Source: Thermoplasmatales archaeon I-plasma (GTDB lineage: Archaea > Thermoplasmatota > Thermoplasmata > Thermoplasmatales > GCA-001856825). From it: a DNA stretch of 64,000 nucleotides. The translations under genes were made by a program, and so were the position numbers. The notes beneath the pieces were generated by a model, which saw only the letters and a program-made list of their open reading frames with translations, did no database searches and was not told the origin of the DNA. Location: NCBI GenBank assembly GCA_001856825.1, contig ATMD01000004.1:319919-383918 (forward strand). The letters run 5' to 3'. The first letter of the stretch is position 1. Every line of letters starts with the position of its first letter. Of this stretch, positions 37,703-47,306 are shown one piece after another.

Positions 37703-38660
37703 AGAGGGGGAAGAAAAATTAAGGGATTTTTCTTACTCAGCAAATCCATACAGACCACCGTTTGTCAAGAGAGCCTTAGAAAGGGCAAAAATTGAAAGGT
37801 ATCCCTATTGCAATGAAAGACTTGAGAATGACATCAAGAACAAATTAGGTATTCCACAGGACGTCGTAATAACTGCTGGCATTACTGAACAGATACAGAT
37901 AATAATAACCTATTTCAGGAAAAAAAGATTCGTTTCGCTGAGAAGCACTTATGGGGAATATGTAAGAACGGCCAGACTTTTAGGTTCAGATATTAGAATC
38001 ATTAACAATCCTGATCCGGATATATCCGAACTGACGCCAAGTCGTGGGGACGTTTTATTCTTTGCCAACCCTAACAATCCCACGGGGAAGTATTATAGAT
38101 ATGTCAATGAGCTGGTAGAGCAGGCTGAAGCCAAGAATTTCATGCTCATACTGGATGAAGCATTCATAGACTTTGTTGATTCAGTAGTTCCATACGAAAT
38201 TAATGATAATGTGGTAGTCATGAGGTCTTTCAGCAAGGCCTACAATCTTTCAGGGATCAGGATCGGGTATGCTATAACTTCGAGACCACTGGCGGATAAA
38301 TTCAGAGATATGAGACTCCCGTGGGGAATAGGTACGATTGGTTGTGCATTTATAGAAGATATACTGAAAGATAGGAAATTTTTGTCTACTTCTTTAGAGA
38401 AAATTCGCTACGAAAGAAGAAGGATATCTGAGACTACCGGACTCAGAACAGATGCGAGTTACTTTCTGGCTTCGGTGGGAAGTGCAACAGTGGCAGTTAA
38501 GAGGCTTAAGGAGAATGGAATACTTGTGAGGGACTGCTCATCTTTTGGACTCACCGATGCGATAAGGTTTTCCATAAAGAGAAAGAAGGACAACGATCTA
38601 CTCCTATCGTTACTAAGGGAATTGGAGGTGAGGCCCCCTGGGTACGTATCATTCCGGTAA
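37683..38660 (+). CDS. cobD: L-threonine-O-3-phosphate decarboxylase (class I/II aminotransferase fold)
   Basis: 325 aa. HGG at the N-terminus, DFSYSANPY, PNNPTG and the PLP-Lys motif SFSKAYNLSGIRIGY. Confidence 0.8.
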   Translation: MEHGGAREGEEKLRDFSYSANPYRPPFVKRALERAKIERYPYCNERLENDIKNKLGIPQDVVITAGITEQIQIIITYFRKKRFVSLRSTYGEYVRTARLLGSDIRIINNPDPDISELTPSRGDVLFFANPNNPTGKYYRYVNELVEQAEAKNFMLILDEAFIDFVDSVVPYEINDNVVVMRSFSKAYNLSGIRIGYAITSRPLADKFRDMRLPWGIGTIGCAFIEDILKDRKFLSTSLEKIRYERRRISETTGLRTDASYFLASVGSATVAVKRLKENGILVRDCSSFGLTDAIRFSIKRKKDNDLLLSLLRELEVRPPGYVSFR

Positions 38661-38673
38661 GTACAGTCCATTA

Positions 38674-40104
38674 ATGATTTTGGGTACATCCTCAGGAGCT
38701 GGAAAATCACTAATGGTGACAGCACTGTGTAAAATATTCTCTGGTATGGGAATTAAAGTGGCACCATTCAAGGTACAGAATATGTCCCTGAATGCAGGAG
38801 TTGCAAATGGAGGAGAAATGGCGTATGCGCAAATAGTCCAATCTTTGGCAGCTGGCATTGAACCATCAGTTCACATGAACCCAATACTTTTGAAGCCAGA
38901 AGGTGGAAAAACACACGTGATAGTTCAGGGGAAACACGTCGGCACGTATGATTCAGAAAGGTATTTCAATGCAAAAGGAGAATCCTTTCTTGAAAAAGCA
39001 CTGGAGTCTTTCAATATACTAAAAAGGAGCTATGACCTGATTGTTATTGAGGGCGCAGGTTCCCCTGCAGAAATAAATCTTAGTGGGGATATAGCAAATA
39101 CCCGGTTCTCAAAACTCGTTGGAGCAAAGGAGATCCTCGTAGTTGACATAGAGAGAGGTGGAGCATTTGCCAGTGCCGTTGGAACGCTTGATCTCGTTTC
39201 CTTCAATGACCTGATTGGAATAATAGTGAACAAATTTAGAGGTGATGAAAAACTCCTAAAACCTGGATTCGATTACATAGAAAGAAGGTTCTCAACAAAG
39301 ATTCTTGGCACAGTCCCATTCGTTGCCAATAGTATCCCAGAAGAAGATTCACTTAGAACATTCCAGAGGAGAGAGGGAAAGCCTATGGTAGGGATAGTGA
39401 AAACCCCAAATATGGCAAATGCCACGGACTTCGAAATCTTGGAAAGATATCAAGGCATAGGCTTTCAGTACATAACAGTACCAGAATTGATTGAAAAGTG
39501 CGATATCATAGCCATACCAGGGTCCAAGCTCACTACAGTTGATCTTGATTACCTGAGGAATGAGGGCTACATTGACATTCTTAGAAGGACCTCAAGCGAA
39601 AGATTCATAGTGGGCATCTGCGGAGGTCTCCAGATGCTGGGTAAATGGGTAGATGATGTTGATGAAACGGGCAGAGGAAAGATTGAGGGTGCGGGATTGT
39701 TGGATATAACTACCCTCCTAAAGGGCAGGAAGGTGGTAAGGCAGGTCAGATCGAGAATCCTATACCCTCACATGAGAGGAATGATTGTAGGAGGTTATGA
39801 AATACACAATGGCAAGTCTGTGGGAAGGCCGCATTTCTCAAATATAATATCTGAAGATGGCAAGGACACAAATTTAATGGAAGGATCGTATAAGTCTAAA
39901 GTCATCGGCACTTATATACACGGCATTTTTGATAACACATCGTTCACTCAAGCACTTTTGAATCTTGTAAGGAAGGAGCTCGGTATGGAACCATTGAAAT
40001 TATTATCAGTAGCAAGCACAAATTACGAAATACAGAGGTTTGCAGAGGTAGTGAAGAAAAGCATTGATCTGGATTACATTCTAAGTGCTGTGAATAATAG
40101 GTAG
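38674..40104 (+). CDS. cobQ: cobyric acid synthase
   Basis: 476 aa. MILGTSSGAGKS ATP-binding N-terminus. The C-terminal amidotransferase has ICGGLQMLG and GYEIHNG. Confidence 0.9.
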   Translation: MILGTSSGAGKSLMVTALCKIFSGMGIKVAPFKVQNMSLNAGVANGGEMAYAQIVQSLAAGIEPSVHMNPILLKPEGGKTHVIVQGKHVGTYDSERYFNAKGESFLEKALESFNILKRSYDLIVIEGAGSPAEINLSGDIANTRFSKLVGAKEILVVDIERGGAFASAVGTLDLVSFNDLIGIIVNKFRGDEKLLKPGFDYIERRFSTKILGTVPFVANSIPEEDSLRTFQRREGKPMVGIVKTPNMANATDFEILERYQGIGFQYITVPELIEKCDIIAIPGSKLTTVDLDYLRNEGYIDILRRTSSERFIVGICGGLQMLGKWVDDVDETGRGKIEGAGLLDITTLLKGRKVVRQVRSRILYPHMRGMIVGGYEIHNGKSVGRPHFSNIISEDGKDTNLMEGSYKSKVIGTYIHGIFDNTSFTQALLNLVRKELGMEPLKLLSVASTNYEIQRFAEVVKKSIDLDYILSAVNNR

Positions 40105-40352
40105 TCATAATAATACCCTAGCGGTGAAGAACTTCATAATGAATAATGATTCCACCACTTTTTCTGGGAGTCACCAAGATGTTATCACTGGTATTCCTGT
40201 CATATCGATGAGAACCTATCCTCTCTACAAGTACCTATGATTGTAATAAGAAGATAATATATTCTCGTCAAAGATAAATATCTGTATCCAATTTCATTGC
40301 TGCAGTTACACTGTAGCAGTAAATATTTGAACATCCTGATTATGGTGTTTTA

Positions 40353-40619
40353 ATGCAGTGCAATGTAAAATTATATGGGATTGTCCAGGGGGTAGGATTT
40401 AGGGAACGAACCAGAAGGATGGCCAAGTCACTCAATCTCAAAGGATGGGTCAAAAACATGAAGGACGGCTCAGTTGAGGCTATGATACAAGGTGATCCTG
40501 ATTCCGTCGAGAAACTAATACAGTACTGCACGTCAGAGATACCGAATGCTCTCGTAACAGACGTCAAGAAGAGATACGTTGTGGAGGAAGAATTTGACAA
40601 TTTTAAAATAATAAAATAA
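40353..40619 (+). CDS. acyP: acylphosphatase
   Basis: 88 aa. VQGVGFRERT and GWVKNMKDGSVEAMIQG are canonical acylphosphatase motifs. Confidence 0.9.
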   Translation: MQCNVKLYGIVQGVGFRERTRRMAKSLNLKGWVKNMKDGSVEAMIQGDPDSVEKLIQYCTSEIPNALVTDVKKRYVVEEEFDNFKIIK

Positions 40620-40622
40620 AAA

Positions 40623-41141
40623 TTAAACTTTCAACGTAGCTTTACCTGGTTCCCAGTCTACCGGGCAAAGCCCACCTGTCTGTAGAGCAGCAAGAACTCT
40701 GAATGTCTCGTCCGTACTTCGTCCAACATTATCGTCCGTTACTACCATGTACTTTATGATTCCCTCCGGATTTATAATGAAAAGACCTCTATGTGAGTTT
40801 CCTGAAGAATCATCGAGTACGCCGTAATCTCTAGATATCTCCCCCTTCCTATCTTCTACCATAGGGTATTTTGCTTTTGCAACTCTCTTGTCGTTTTCAA
40901 CCCATGCCTTGTGGACGTAAACAGTATCTCTGCTAACTGCTACTATCTCTGCCCCAGCCTTCTTGAAATCAGCATACTTCTCTGCAAACCCCTCGATTTC
41001 AGTCGGACACACAAACGTAAAATCTGCGGGGTAGAAGAACAGTACAACCCACTTCCCTCTCAATTTAGACAGTCTAAAATCCTCTATCTTTCCGTCTACG
41101 AATGCTTTCGAATCAAAATCTGGTGCTCTTTTTCCAATCAT
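40623..41141 (-). CDS. 2-Cys peroxiredoxin (AhpC/Prx1 type)
   Basis: 172 aa. FFYPADFTFVCPTEI peroxidatic Cys motif and a C-terminal Cys in GGLCPVDW. Confidence 0.9.
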   Translation of the reverse strand: MIGKRAPDFDSKAFVDGKIEDFRLSKLRGKWVVLFFYPADFTFVCPTEIEGFAEKYADFKKAGAEIVAVSRDTVYVHKAWVENDKRVAKAKYPMVEDRKGEISRDYGVLDDSSGNSHRGLFIINPEGIIKYMVVTDDNVGRSTDETFRVLAALQTGGLCPVDWEPGKATLKV

Positions 41142-41260
41142 TTAATCACCCTTCAATATCTAAAGAAGAGTTAATACGGAAATATAAATCTTAGTGATTT
41201 ACCATCAAAATTCTCTCGATAGCTCCTAGCTAATTTTGAAAACCAACTAATTGAGATTAT

Positions 41261-42265
41261 TCAATAATAGCTCTCGTACTTGACGCCATAGTTTTCAACC
41301 GATACCCCTCTCCCTGACCCCACTTCGCCTAGGTCAACCGGTTTGAACTTATCTAGTTCTTTCATTATATCATCTTCTTCCCTCTTAGACGCAATTACCA
41401 TCATTCCAATTCCCATGTTAAATACCTCGAACGCTTCCTGATTAGATATTCCTCCGTCTCGTATGATCTTCCTGAATGTAAGCGGTATTTCCGGGTATGA
41501 CAGCCTATATCTTGAATCCTTAAGCCTGAGAAGGTTCCTTATTCCACCACCTGTTATGTGCGATATTCCATGAACATCAAATTCCTGAGTCACTTCAAAA
41601 ATTTTCTTGGAGTATATTTTTGTGCCCCTTAGCAGAGTCCTCCAGAACTTTTCTCCCTCAATTCGTTCTTCCAGCAATTCACTTTTGTTTTCATATATCT
41701 TTCTTATAAGTGAAAAACCGTTAGAATGAATACCGCTTGACCTCAGTCCTATTACCCTATCCCTCTCTTTTATTCGCTTCCCTGTTATCTCTTTGCCCTT
41801 CTCGAGGTTTCCTATTATCGTCCCTGAAATATCTATTCCCTTTACGAGATCCGGGACTGAAGCTGTCTCTCCGCCCACCATAGAAATTCCAGCCTCTACG
41901 CACGCGTCATTGATACTCTTTCCTATGGCTTTTCCCAGTTCTTTACCCAACATGGATCCAGCAACGTAATTTACCATCGCCATAGGCTCTGCTCCCATGC
42001 AGACAATGTCATTAACATTCATACCCACAAGGTCATATCCTATCTCGTCGAAGTAGCCATGCTCAAGAGCTAGTATTGTCTTCGTTCCAACGTTGTCTGT
42101 ATGAATTGCTACATAGTTACCTTTGAAAGATACAAGACCAGAATAGTGACCTATCTTTGCAGCCCTCTTGTATCTAGTTCCTTCGAACGTCAGTTCTTCT
42201 ATTATTGCATTCCTGAAAGCCGCAACTGAATCAAAATCGACCCCGCTCTCCTTATATCTTGGCAT
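41261..42265 (-). CDS. purM: phosphoribosylformylglycinamidine cyclo-ligase (AIR synthetase)
   Basis: 334 aa. HTDNVGTKT and GMNVNDIVCMGAEP motifs of the PurM family. Confidence 0.9.
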   Translation of the reverse strand: MPRYKESGVDFDSVAAFRNAIIEELTFEGTRYKRAAKIGHYSGLVSFKGNYVAIHTDNVGTKTILALEHGYFDEIGYDLVGMNVNDIVCMGAEPMAMVNYVAGSMLGKELGKAIGKSINDACVEAGISMVGGETASVPDLVKGIDISGTIIGNLEKGKEITGKRIKERDRVIGLRSSGIHSNGFSLIRKIYENKSELLEERIEGEKFWRTLLRGTKIYSKKIFEVTQEFDVHGISHITGGGIRNLLRLKDSRYRLSYPEIPLTFRKIIRDGGISNQEAFEVFNMGIGMMVIASKREEDDIMKELDKFKPVDLGEVGSGRGVSVENYGVKYESYY

Positions 42266-43256
42266 GCTGAAAGTAAATAGAGTTCTTGATTATCAATATC
42301 GCTGTTTTAATTTACTCATAAGTAATTCTAGGTGGTTGGAACTGGTATCAGAGTATTTGGGAGGATTTCGTGACATCTCGAGAGCTGAGATCTCAGGATT
42401 GCTTGAAGGCTATGGAGGCAAAATAGAAAGAGAGACTGAGAAACTCCTTTTTTTCTCGACAGATAATCCAGATAAGATTGTTTCAAGGGTAGCATTCTCA
42501 AAGCGGGTAGGTAGAATCATAGGACAAGATGAGCCTATCACGATAAACGAGAAACAGCATTACTCGATAAGAGAGAATAGGATTCCTGGCCGGGACTCCC
42601 TCATTTCAACAATGGCAAAGAGGATCAACGGTAAAGTAGACCTGGATAGGCCTGACGTTAGATTCTACATATACAACTTCAGCGAACCCATATTCACTGA
42701 GCTGATTTATGAGAGAAAGATGGGTACCCTCATTGACGTTAGATACAGAACAAAACCTATGAACCATCCATCGAGCATTTCCCCTGTTCTTGCAAGAGGC
42801 ATGATCAACATCTCCGGTATCAAGGAGGGGGAGAAATTTGTTGACCCTTTCGCAGGAACCGGAACATTCCTCATAGAGGGGTTTAGAATGGGAATCGACG
42901 GGTACGGAATTGACAGAAGCTGGAAGATGCTTGAAGGTGGGAACCTTAACCTGAGGCACTTCAACTTCCCAGAAGTGATAATGAATGGGGACTTTTCTGA
43001 GCTTGAAAATATCGGTGGATTCTCTGCAGTCATAACTGATCCCCCTTACGGCAGGGGTGCGAAGGTATTCTCCGAGTCAAGGGAATATCTGTATACAAGG
43101 CTGTTCTCCCTCCTTTCAAGAGTTAGAGGGAGTAAAGTATTCTGCATTCCCTCAGTAGAACTGCTCAAATTAGCTAGAGAGTACCTCCCAATAAAATTAG
43201 CAGGTGAAATTAGAGTCCATTCATCATTAACCAGGTACGTGGTACATTCCAAGTGA
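42264..43256 (+). CDS. THUMP-domain tRNA (guanine-N2)-methyltransferase (Trm-G10/Trm11 family)
   Basis: SAM motif I DPFAGTGTFLIEG and motif IV ITDPPYGR, preceded by a THUMP-like N-terminal half. The start is uncertain. The track start 42168 overlaps purM, ATG 42264 abuts the purM start, and TTG 42336 is also possible. Confidence 0.75.
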   Translation: MLKVNRVLDYQYRCFNLLISNSRWLELVSEYLGGFRDISRAEISGLLEGYGGKIERETEKLLFFSTDNPDKIVSRVAFSKRVGRIIGQDEPITINEKQHYSIRENRIPGRDSLISTMAKRINGKVDLDRPDVRFYIYNFSEPIFTELIYERKMGTLIDVRYRTKPMNHPSSISPVLARGMINISGIKEGEKFVDPFAGTGTFLIEGFRMGIDGYGIDRSWKMLEGGNLNLRHFNFPEVIMNGDFSELENIGGFSAVITDPPYGRGAKVFSESREYLYTRLFSLLSRVRGSKVFCIPSVELLKLAREYLPIKLAGEIRVHSSLTRYVVHSK

Positions 43257-43463
43257 TTTTTACTCAAAACACATAGGCAGTCACATTGAAATTATCTACT
43301 AAAGTCGTAACAACGTAGTGTTTATAGAAGTACGAACCAAATGACGAGTCAATTTGAGGTGCAATCCCTCCCAATAATATTCTTGACTTGATATTCTTAG
43401 TGAGCCACGAAGTTAAAAACATAAATAACTAATCTTAAAAATAGTGAAGCCTTAGAAAGGCAA

Positions 43464-43712
43464 TTACTTTTCATTGTTCATTGTTTTATTGTTGAGTCTT
43501 TTGAATAAGTACGCTATGAAACTTGTTACCCAAGCAATTATCAAACCAACTCCAACTCCTCTGAAGTAGATTTCGCCTTTAAGATATCCAATTAAGATAA
43601 ATACAATGCTCAAAAATAACTCTAGCAATATTAACGTCATAAGCAGATGTTCTTCCAAAAGTCTTCTTCTCCATTGTGGGAAAACTATGCTACTAGTCAC
43701 GTTTTTCACCAA
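43464..43712 (-). CDS. small two-TM membrane protein (hypothetical)
   Basis: 82-aa ORF. The internal Met (MTLILLELF...) gives a 58-aa protein with two hydrophobic helices. It lies in an AT-rich patch with no recognisable family. Confidence 0.3.
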   Translation of the reverse strand: MVKNVTSSIVFPQWRRRLLEEHLLMTLILLELFLSIVFILIGYLKGEIYFRGVGVGLIIAWVTSFIAYLFKRLNNKTMNNEK

Positions 43713-43803
43713 ACTTTTTCATTTATGTGATAGTTTACACGTATAAAGCAAATGCGTCCAATTTAGAATATTGTAGTATAATTGAACAGATTGCTGCTAT
43801 GAT

Positions 43804-44091
43804 TTATACATAAAATGATTTATTTGCTTTAAGTCTTTTCAATTCGTATTCCATTCGTGTATCAAAGTGCGGTGAAAATTCCAGTTTGGTTTCTTTGAAA
43901 TAAAATTTGGTAACTTTATGATTGGTCCTCTTTACATCGTTACACATATAATGAACATCTGTTCCCCCACAACCAACAATGCCTAATTTGTAAATTGCAG
44001 AGTTTTCATTTTAATTTAACACATTCTTGATACTGTCAAGAAAAATAGCTGGTGAATATCCAACTCCCCCATATCTTTTGAAAAATCCCAT
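43804..44091 (-). pseudogene. 95-codon ORF interrupted by an in-frame TAA (44011-44013); unknown function
   Basis: Read by hand: MGFFKRYGGVGYSPAIFLDSIKNVLN-stop-NENSAIYKLGIVGCGGTDVHYMCNDVKRTNHKVTKFYFKETKLEFSPHFDTRMEYELKRLKANKSFYV. It stays in a single frame across the stop. It is absent from the ORF track because the stop splits it into pieces below the cutoff. Confidence 0.25.
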
Positions 44092-44160
44092 CCTCGCTTA
44101 CCTTAAAGGCCAACAACCGAATTCTTATAACTTTATAATGGAAGTTACTATAGTGATTCA

Positions 44161-44901
44161 ATGGGTGACAATCCCTTCTTTAATGACTTTGCAAAGCATT
44201 ATTCCAAGAGTGATTCATTTAAAACGGGCAAAGACCTCAAAATATTGATGAGCCTCCTTCCGGAGAAAATGAATAGGGCTTTAGACGTTGCTACAGGCAC
44301 CGGTTTTGTTGCCTTAGAGTTGTCTAGAAAGAGTTCAACAGTAGTAGCCCTCGATCCAACAGAGGCAATGCTTTCTGAGGCTAGAAAACTTATTTCTTCG
44401 AACAATGTTGGTAATGTAGAATTTGTTAAATCGGATTACTATTCTTACAATACCTTTCTGAAATTTGATGCAATTACCTGCAGGAGAGCATTGCACCATT
44501 TTGACAAAAAGGACCAATTCTTCAGGAAATCAAGGGAATTATTGAATGAAAATGGAATTCTTGCAATTAGCGACATGGTCGTTCCTGAGTCTGATTCAGG
44601 GGACTTTCTAAATCAGCTGGAGAGGAAAAGGGATCCTACTCATGTGGCAGCCCTCAATGAGGGCGAGTTTATGTTCTCACTCAAATCTGCAGGATTCAGA
44701 ATCATTAAATCTGTTAAAGACAGCGAGAAGTTCAGTTTCGAAGAATGGTTGTCTCCAGTGGAGACAAATTCGGTCAATGGAATAGAGTGCAAAAGGTTCA
44801 TTAATGATCTATCTGAAGAGGAGCTAAAATCATTCAATTTCGACAGAAAAACAAACACTATAACAAAGCAACGCATGATAATAGCCGCAAGTCCCGTATG
44901 A
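44161..44901 (+). CDS. class I SAM-dependent methyltransferase (UbiE/Methyltransf_11-like)
   Basis: 246 aa. Motif I ALDVATGTGFVALEL, followed by VVALDPTEAM and AITCRRALHHF. Confidence 0.75.
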   Translation: MGDNPFFNDFAKHYSKSDSFKTGKDLKILMSLLPEKMNRALDVATGTGFVALELSRKSSTVVALDPTEAMLSEARKLISSNNVGNVEFVKSDYYSYNTFLKFDAITCRRALHHFDKKDQFFRKSRELLNENGILAISDMVVPESDSGDFLNQLERKRDPTHVAALNEGEFMFSLKSAGFRIIKSVKDSEKFSFEEWLSPVETNSVNGIECKRFINDLSEEELKSFNFDRKTNTITKQRMIIAASPV

Positions 44902-44965
44902 GGCTGCTTTCTTTCTAAATGCGATTCAAACAAAGGAATAAATACAATATGGTGATTTCTGCCAT

Positions 44966-45202
44966 ATGGTCAAGAGAACATATCTCTCAATAATCTTCAA
45001 TACAGAGGGAGAAAGACCCTCGGAGATAATTTCTAGGCTGCAATCTCTTGGCTTCAAACCGATAACTGGAAGCAGGGATCTGGTGTATGAATGGGAGGAT
45101 CACGCCACGGTGTCGGAAGCAATATCTCTGATTGATAGAGTCCATGCAACGCTAGGCGGTTACAACGTGCTCTTCACCGCTGAGACGATCGACGAGAGAT
45201 AG
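44966..45202 (+). CDS. hypothetical 78-aa protein
   Basis: ORF with balanced composition. Its 3' end overlaps the convergent rnp4 by 29 nt. No family recognised. Confidence 0.4.
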   Translation: MVKRTYLSIIFNTEGERPSEIISRLQSLGFKPITGSRDLVYEWEDHATVSEAISLIDRVHATLGGYNVLFTAETIDER

Positions 45203-45485
45203 GTATTCTTCTGATATAGCCACAATTACCGCAGCTCACAGTGATAGTTGAATTGTTTATTCTGACCCTTCCTCCTCCGGAATAAATGCCTTGCTTGCAT
45301 TTTTTGCAAACCCACGTCCTTGCATCCTTGATGACTTTTGACTTGTATTTGGTAGAGTAAAGATGCATCAGTTCATACTTTCTATTTGCATAGTGAAACT
45401 TCCTCTCCCTTTCGTCTTCCAGCGCTAGACTGAATAGTTCAGTCATCCTTTGTTCTGCTACTTCCCTCTCACTTTTTTTTGGCAT
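45174..45485 (-). CDS. rnp4: RNase P protein component 4 (Rpp21/Rpr2 family)
   Basis: 103 aa. N-terminal helical region (RMTELFSLALE) and a C-terminal zinc ribbon CKKCKQ...CGNCG, as in archaeal Rnp4. Confidence 0.85.
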   Translation of the reverse strand: MPKKSEREVAEQRMTELFSLALEDERERKFHYANRKYELMHLYSTKYKSKVIKDARTWVCKKCKQGIYSGGGRVRINNSTITVSCGNCGYIRRIPISRRSSQR

Positions 45486-46689
45486 CCAAAAAAACCCCTG
45501 CCGGTGATCCTACCACTCCTCCTTCCTGAATCATCATTTCCCCCCTGAGATAAACTAAATCCGGGAAAATGCCTTCAAATCCCTCAAAGGGAGTCCAACC
45601 ACACTTTGAATGGAGATCTTCCCCTCTTATCTCTACCGGGTTCTTGATATCTATAGAGATAAAATCCGCGTCATATCCCTCAGCTATGTAGCCCTTGTTT
45701 ATTCTACAAATCTCAGAGGGTCTTTCCATCAACAGTGAGATAGCTTTCTCCAACGATAATAGACCTTTCCTTTGTATTGACAGGGTCAGGGGTACCCTCG
45801 TTTCAGCACCTGGAAGACCGGAAGGTGCATCCTTGAAATCCTTCTTCTCCGTTATTGTATGGGGAGCGTGATCTGATGCAATCACATCTATAGACCTAGA
45901 GTTGAGGCTTCTGAGTAACTCTTCCTGAACTGACCTTTTCCTGAGGGGCGGGTTTACTTTACCCCTTGCTCCGAGGTCCATTGAGTTATTCAAAAGTAAA
46001 TGATGAGGAGTAACTTCAGTAGTGAACCCTAGTGATTTTGAAAGTTCTACCGTCCTTGTAGAAGTAAGGTGAGCGATGTGAACCTGCGAAAGATTGTATT
46101 TGAAAACGTGCTCAATCGCCTCCATTTCGCATTCAATCGGCCTGCTCATATCATGAGTGATAAGGTCCTTGTTCTCCCTAGAATTGTTTTCCAGGCATTC
46201 TTGCAGTTCCGCGTGAACTACCTTCACCTTGTCCTGCCACTCGCAGTTTTCTAGATCAGTCAACAATCCTCCTGTCGACCTGCCCAGGAATATCTTCTGC
46301 CCAATGCATTCTTGAATAGATACATTGGAAGCAGCCTGATAGAGGCCGAAGTCCACAAAGCTCTTATTGCGTATAGAGGAAAGTTTATGATCAAAAGACT
46401 CCCTGTTATCTATAGGTACCTTGTTGTTAGGCATGTCACATACAGTTGTGGTTCCGCCATAGAGAGCTGATAACGAACCTGTCTTGAAATCCTCCTTTTC
46501 AGTCTCGCCCGGATCACGGAAGTGAACGTGCATATCCACGCCCCCAGGCAGGATGAGCCCTGGGATTGAGGTTATGTGCATGCCAGAAAGTTCGTTAGTA
46601 ACTGATTTTATAATACCGTCTTCAACAACTACATACTTTTCCCTGAATTCACCGCTAATGTAGAAACGTCCATGGAATGCTTCCATCAC
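45469..46689 (-). CDS. pyrC: dihydroorotase (cyclic amidohydrolase family)
   Basis: 406 aa. Metal-binding GGVDMHVHFRDPG, HLTS and ASDHAPH motifs. Confidence 0.82.
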   Translation of the reverse strand: MMEAFHGRFYISGEFREKYVVVEDGIIKSVTNELSGMHITSIPGLILPGGVDMHVHFRDPGETEKEDFKTGSLSALYGGTTTVCDMPNNKVPIDNRESFDHKLSSIRNKSFVDFGLYQAASNVSIQECIGQKIFLGRSTGGLLTDLENCEWQDKVKVVHAELQECLENNSRENKDLITHDMSRPIECEMEAIEHVFKYNLSQVHIAHLTSTRTVELSKSLGFTTEVTPHHLLLNNSMDLGARGKVNPPLRKRSVQEELLRSLNSRSIDVIASDHAPHTITEKKDFKDAPSGLPGAETRVPLTLSIQRKGLLSLEKAISLLMERPSEICRINKGYIAEGYDADFISIDIKNPVEIRGEDLHSKCGWTPFEGFEGIFPDLVYLRGEMMIQEGGVVGSPAGVFLDAKKK

Positions 46690-47306
46690 TTTTTCTCCGC
46701 CTTAAGCATCTTCCTGAATACCGGCCCCCTGGGTTCCACCTCGTAGAACACCTCTGCGGTAAAGGTAGTGATCGAGGTTTCTGAATCCTTCCAGCAGTCC
46801 GGCTCCATCCCAGCTTTCCAGCAAACTGCATTCAGAAACGCTGTCGGGTCCATCTTTTCATCCACGGCAACCTGAGGAAGAAGAAGACCTGAGTAAGCAC
46901 CTCTTTCTGCTATGAGACCGTCTCTGCCAACCTTTATCACAGAAGGAAGATCCTTCCTGTTCTTGACTGTTACAGCTGCCGGTTTGCTCAGAAGCGATAC
47001 TTCAACTATGATGTCATCCATCTCTTCCTTTGTTACTGGCGGGAATCTGGGATCGTTTACTGCAGCTGCGATTGCACTCCTGATTACCGCCTCCCCAAGT
47101 GGGTATACCGGTTCCGGGAATCCGATGCAACCTCTGAGTTCACCTGATGAAGTGGTAAGCGTGGTGAAAACACCCCTCTTTTCAACGAACTTTCCACCGT
47201 AACTATTCTTGACAATTAACTTGATGTCGATGTATTCCTCAATGGCCCTCCTGGCCATCTTGGTAGCTATCTCCCCATCCTCATCTGTATATTCCTGCCC
47301 CATCAT
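46686..47306 (-). CDS. AMMECR1-domain protein
   Basis: 206 aa. Hallmark LRGCIGFPEP motif and DPRFPPV. Confidence 0.88.
   Translation of the reverse strand: MMGQEYTDEDGEIATKMARRAIEEYIDIKLIVKNSYGGKFVEKRGVFTTLTTSSGELRGCIGFPEPVYPLGEAVIRSAIAAAVNDPRFPPVTKEEMDDIIVEVSLLSKPAAVTVKNRKDLPSVIKVGRDGLIAERGAYSGLLLPQVAVDEKMDPTAFLNAVCWKAGMEPDCWKDSETSITTFTAEVFYEVEPRGPVFRKMLKAEKK

Noticed and set aside
40296-40320. Hairpin (TGCTGCAG-TTACA-CTGTAGCA) between cobQ and acyP as a terminator or riboregulator
   Set aside because: The stem is real: 8 bp with one G-T pair, extendable to 10. It has no adjacent oligo-T tract and no second element. This is too little evidence to call a function.
42168-42263. Upstream 32 codons of the THUMP methyltransferase ORF
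   Set aside because: This extension is antisense to the purM 5' coding region and has no THUMP-family counterpart. The real start is likely at 42264 or at the TTG at 42336.
43870-43900. Replication origin (ORB-like TTCCAGTTTGGTTTC in an AT-rich region)
   Set aside because: There is only a single imperfect copy, it lacks the TTCCA...GGAA dyad of ORB elements, and there is no orc1/cdc6 gene nearby.
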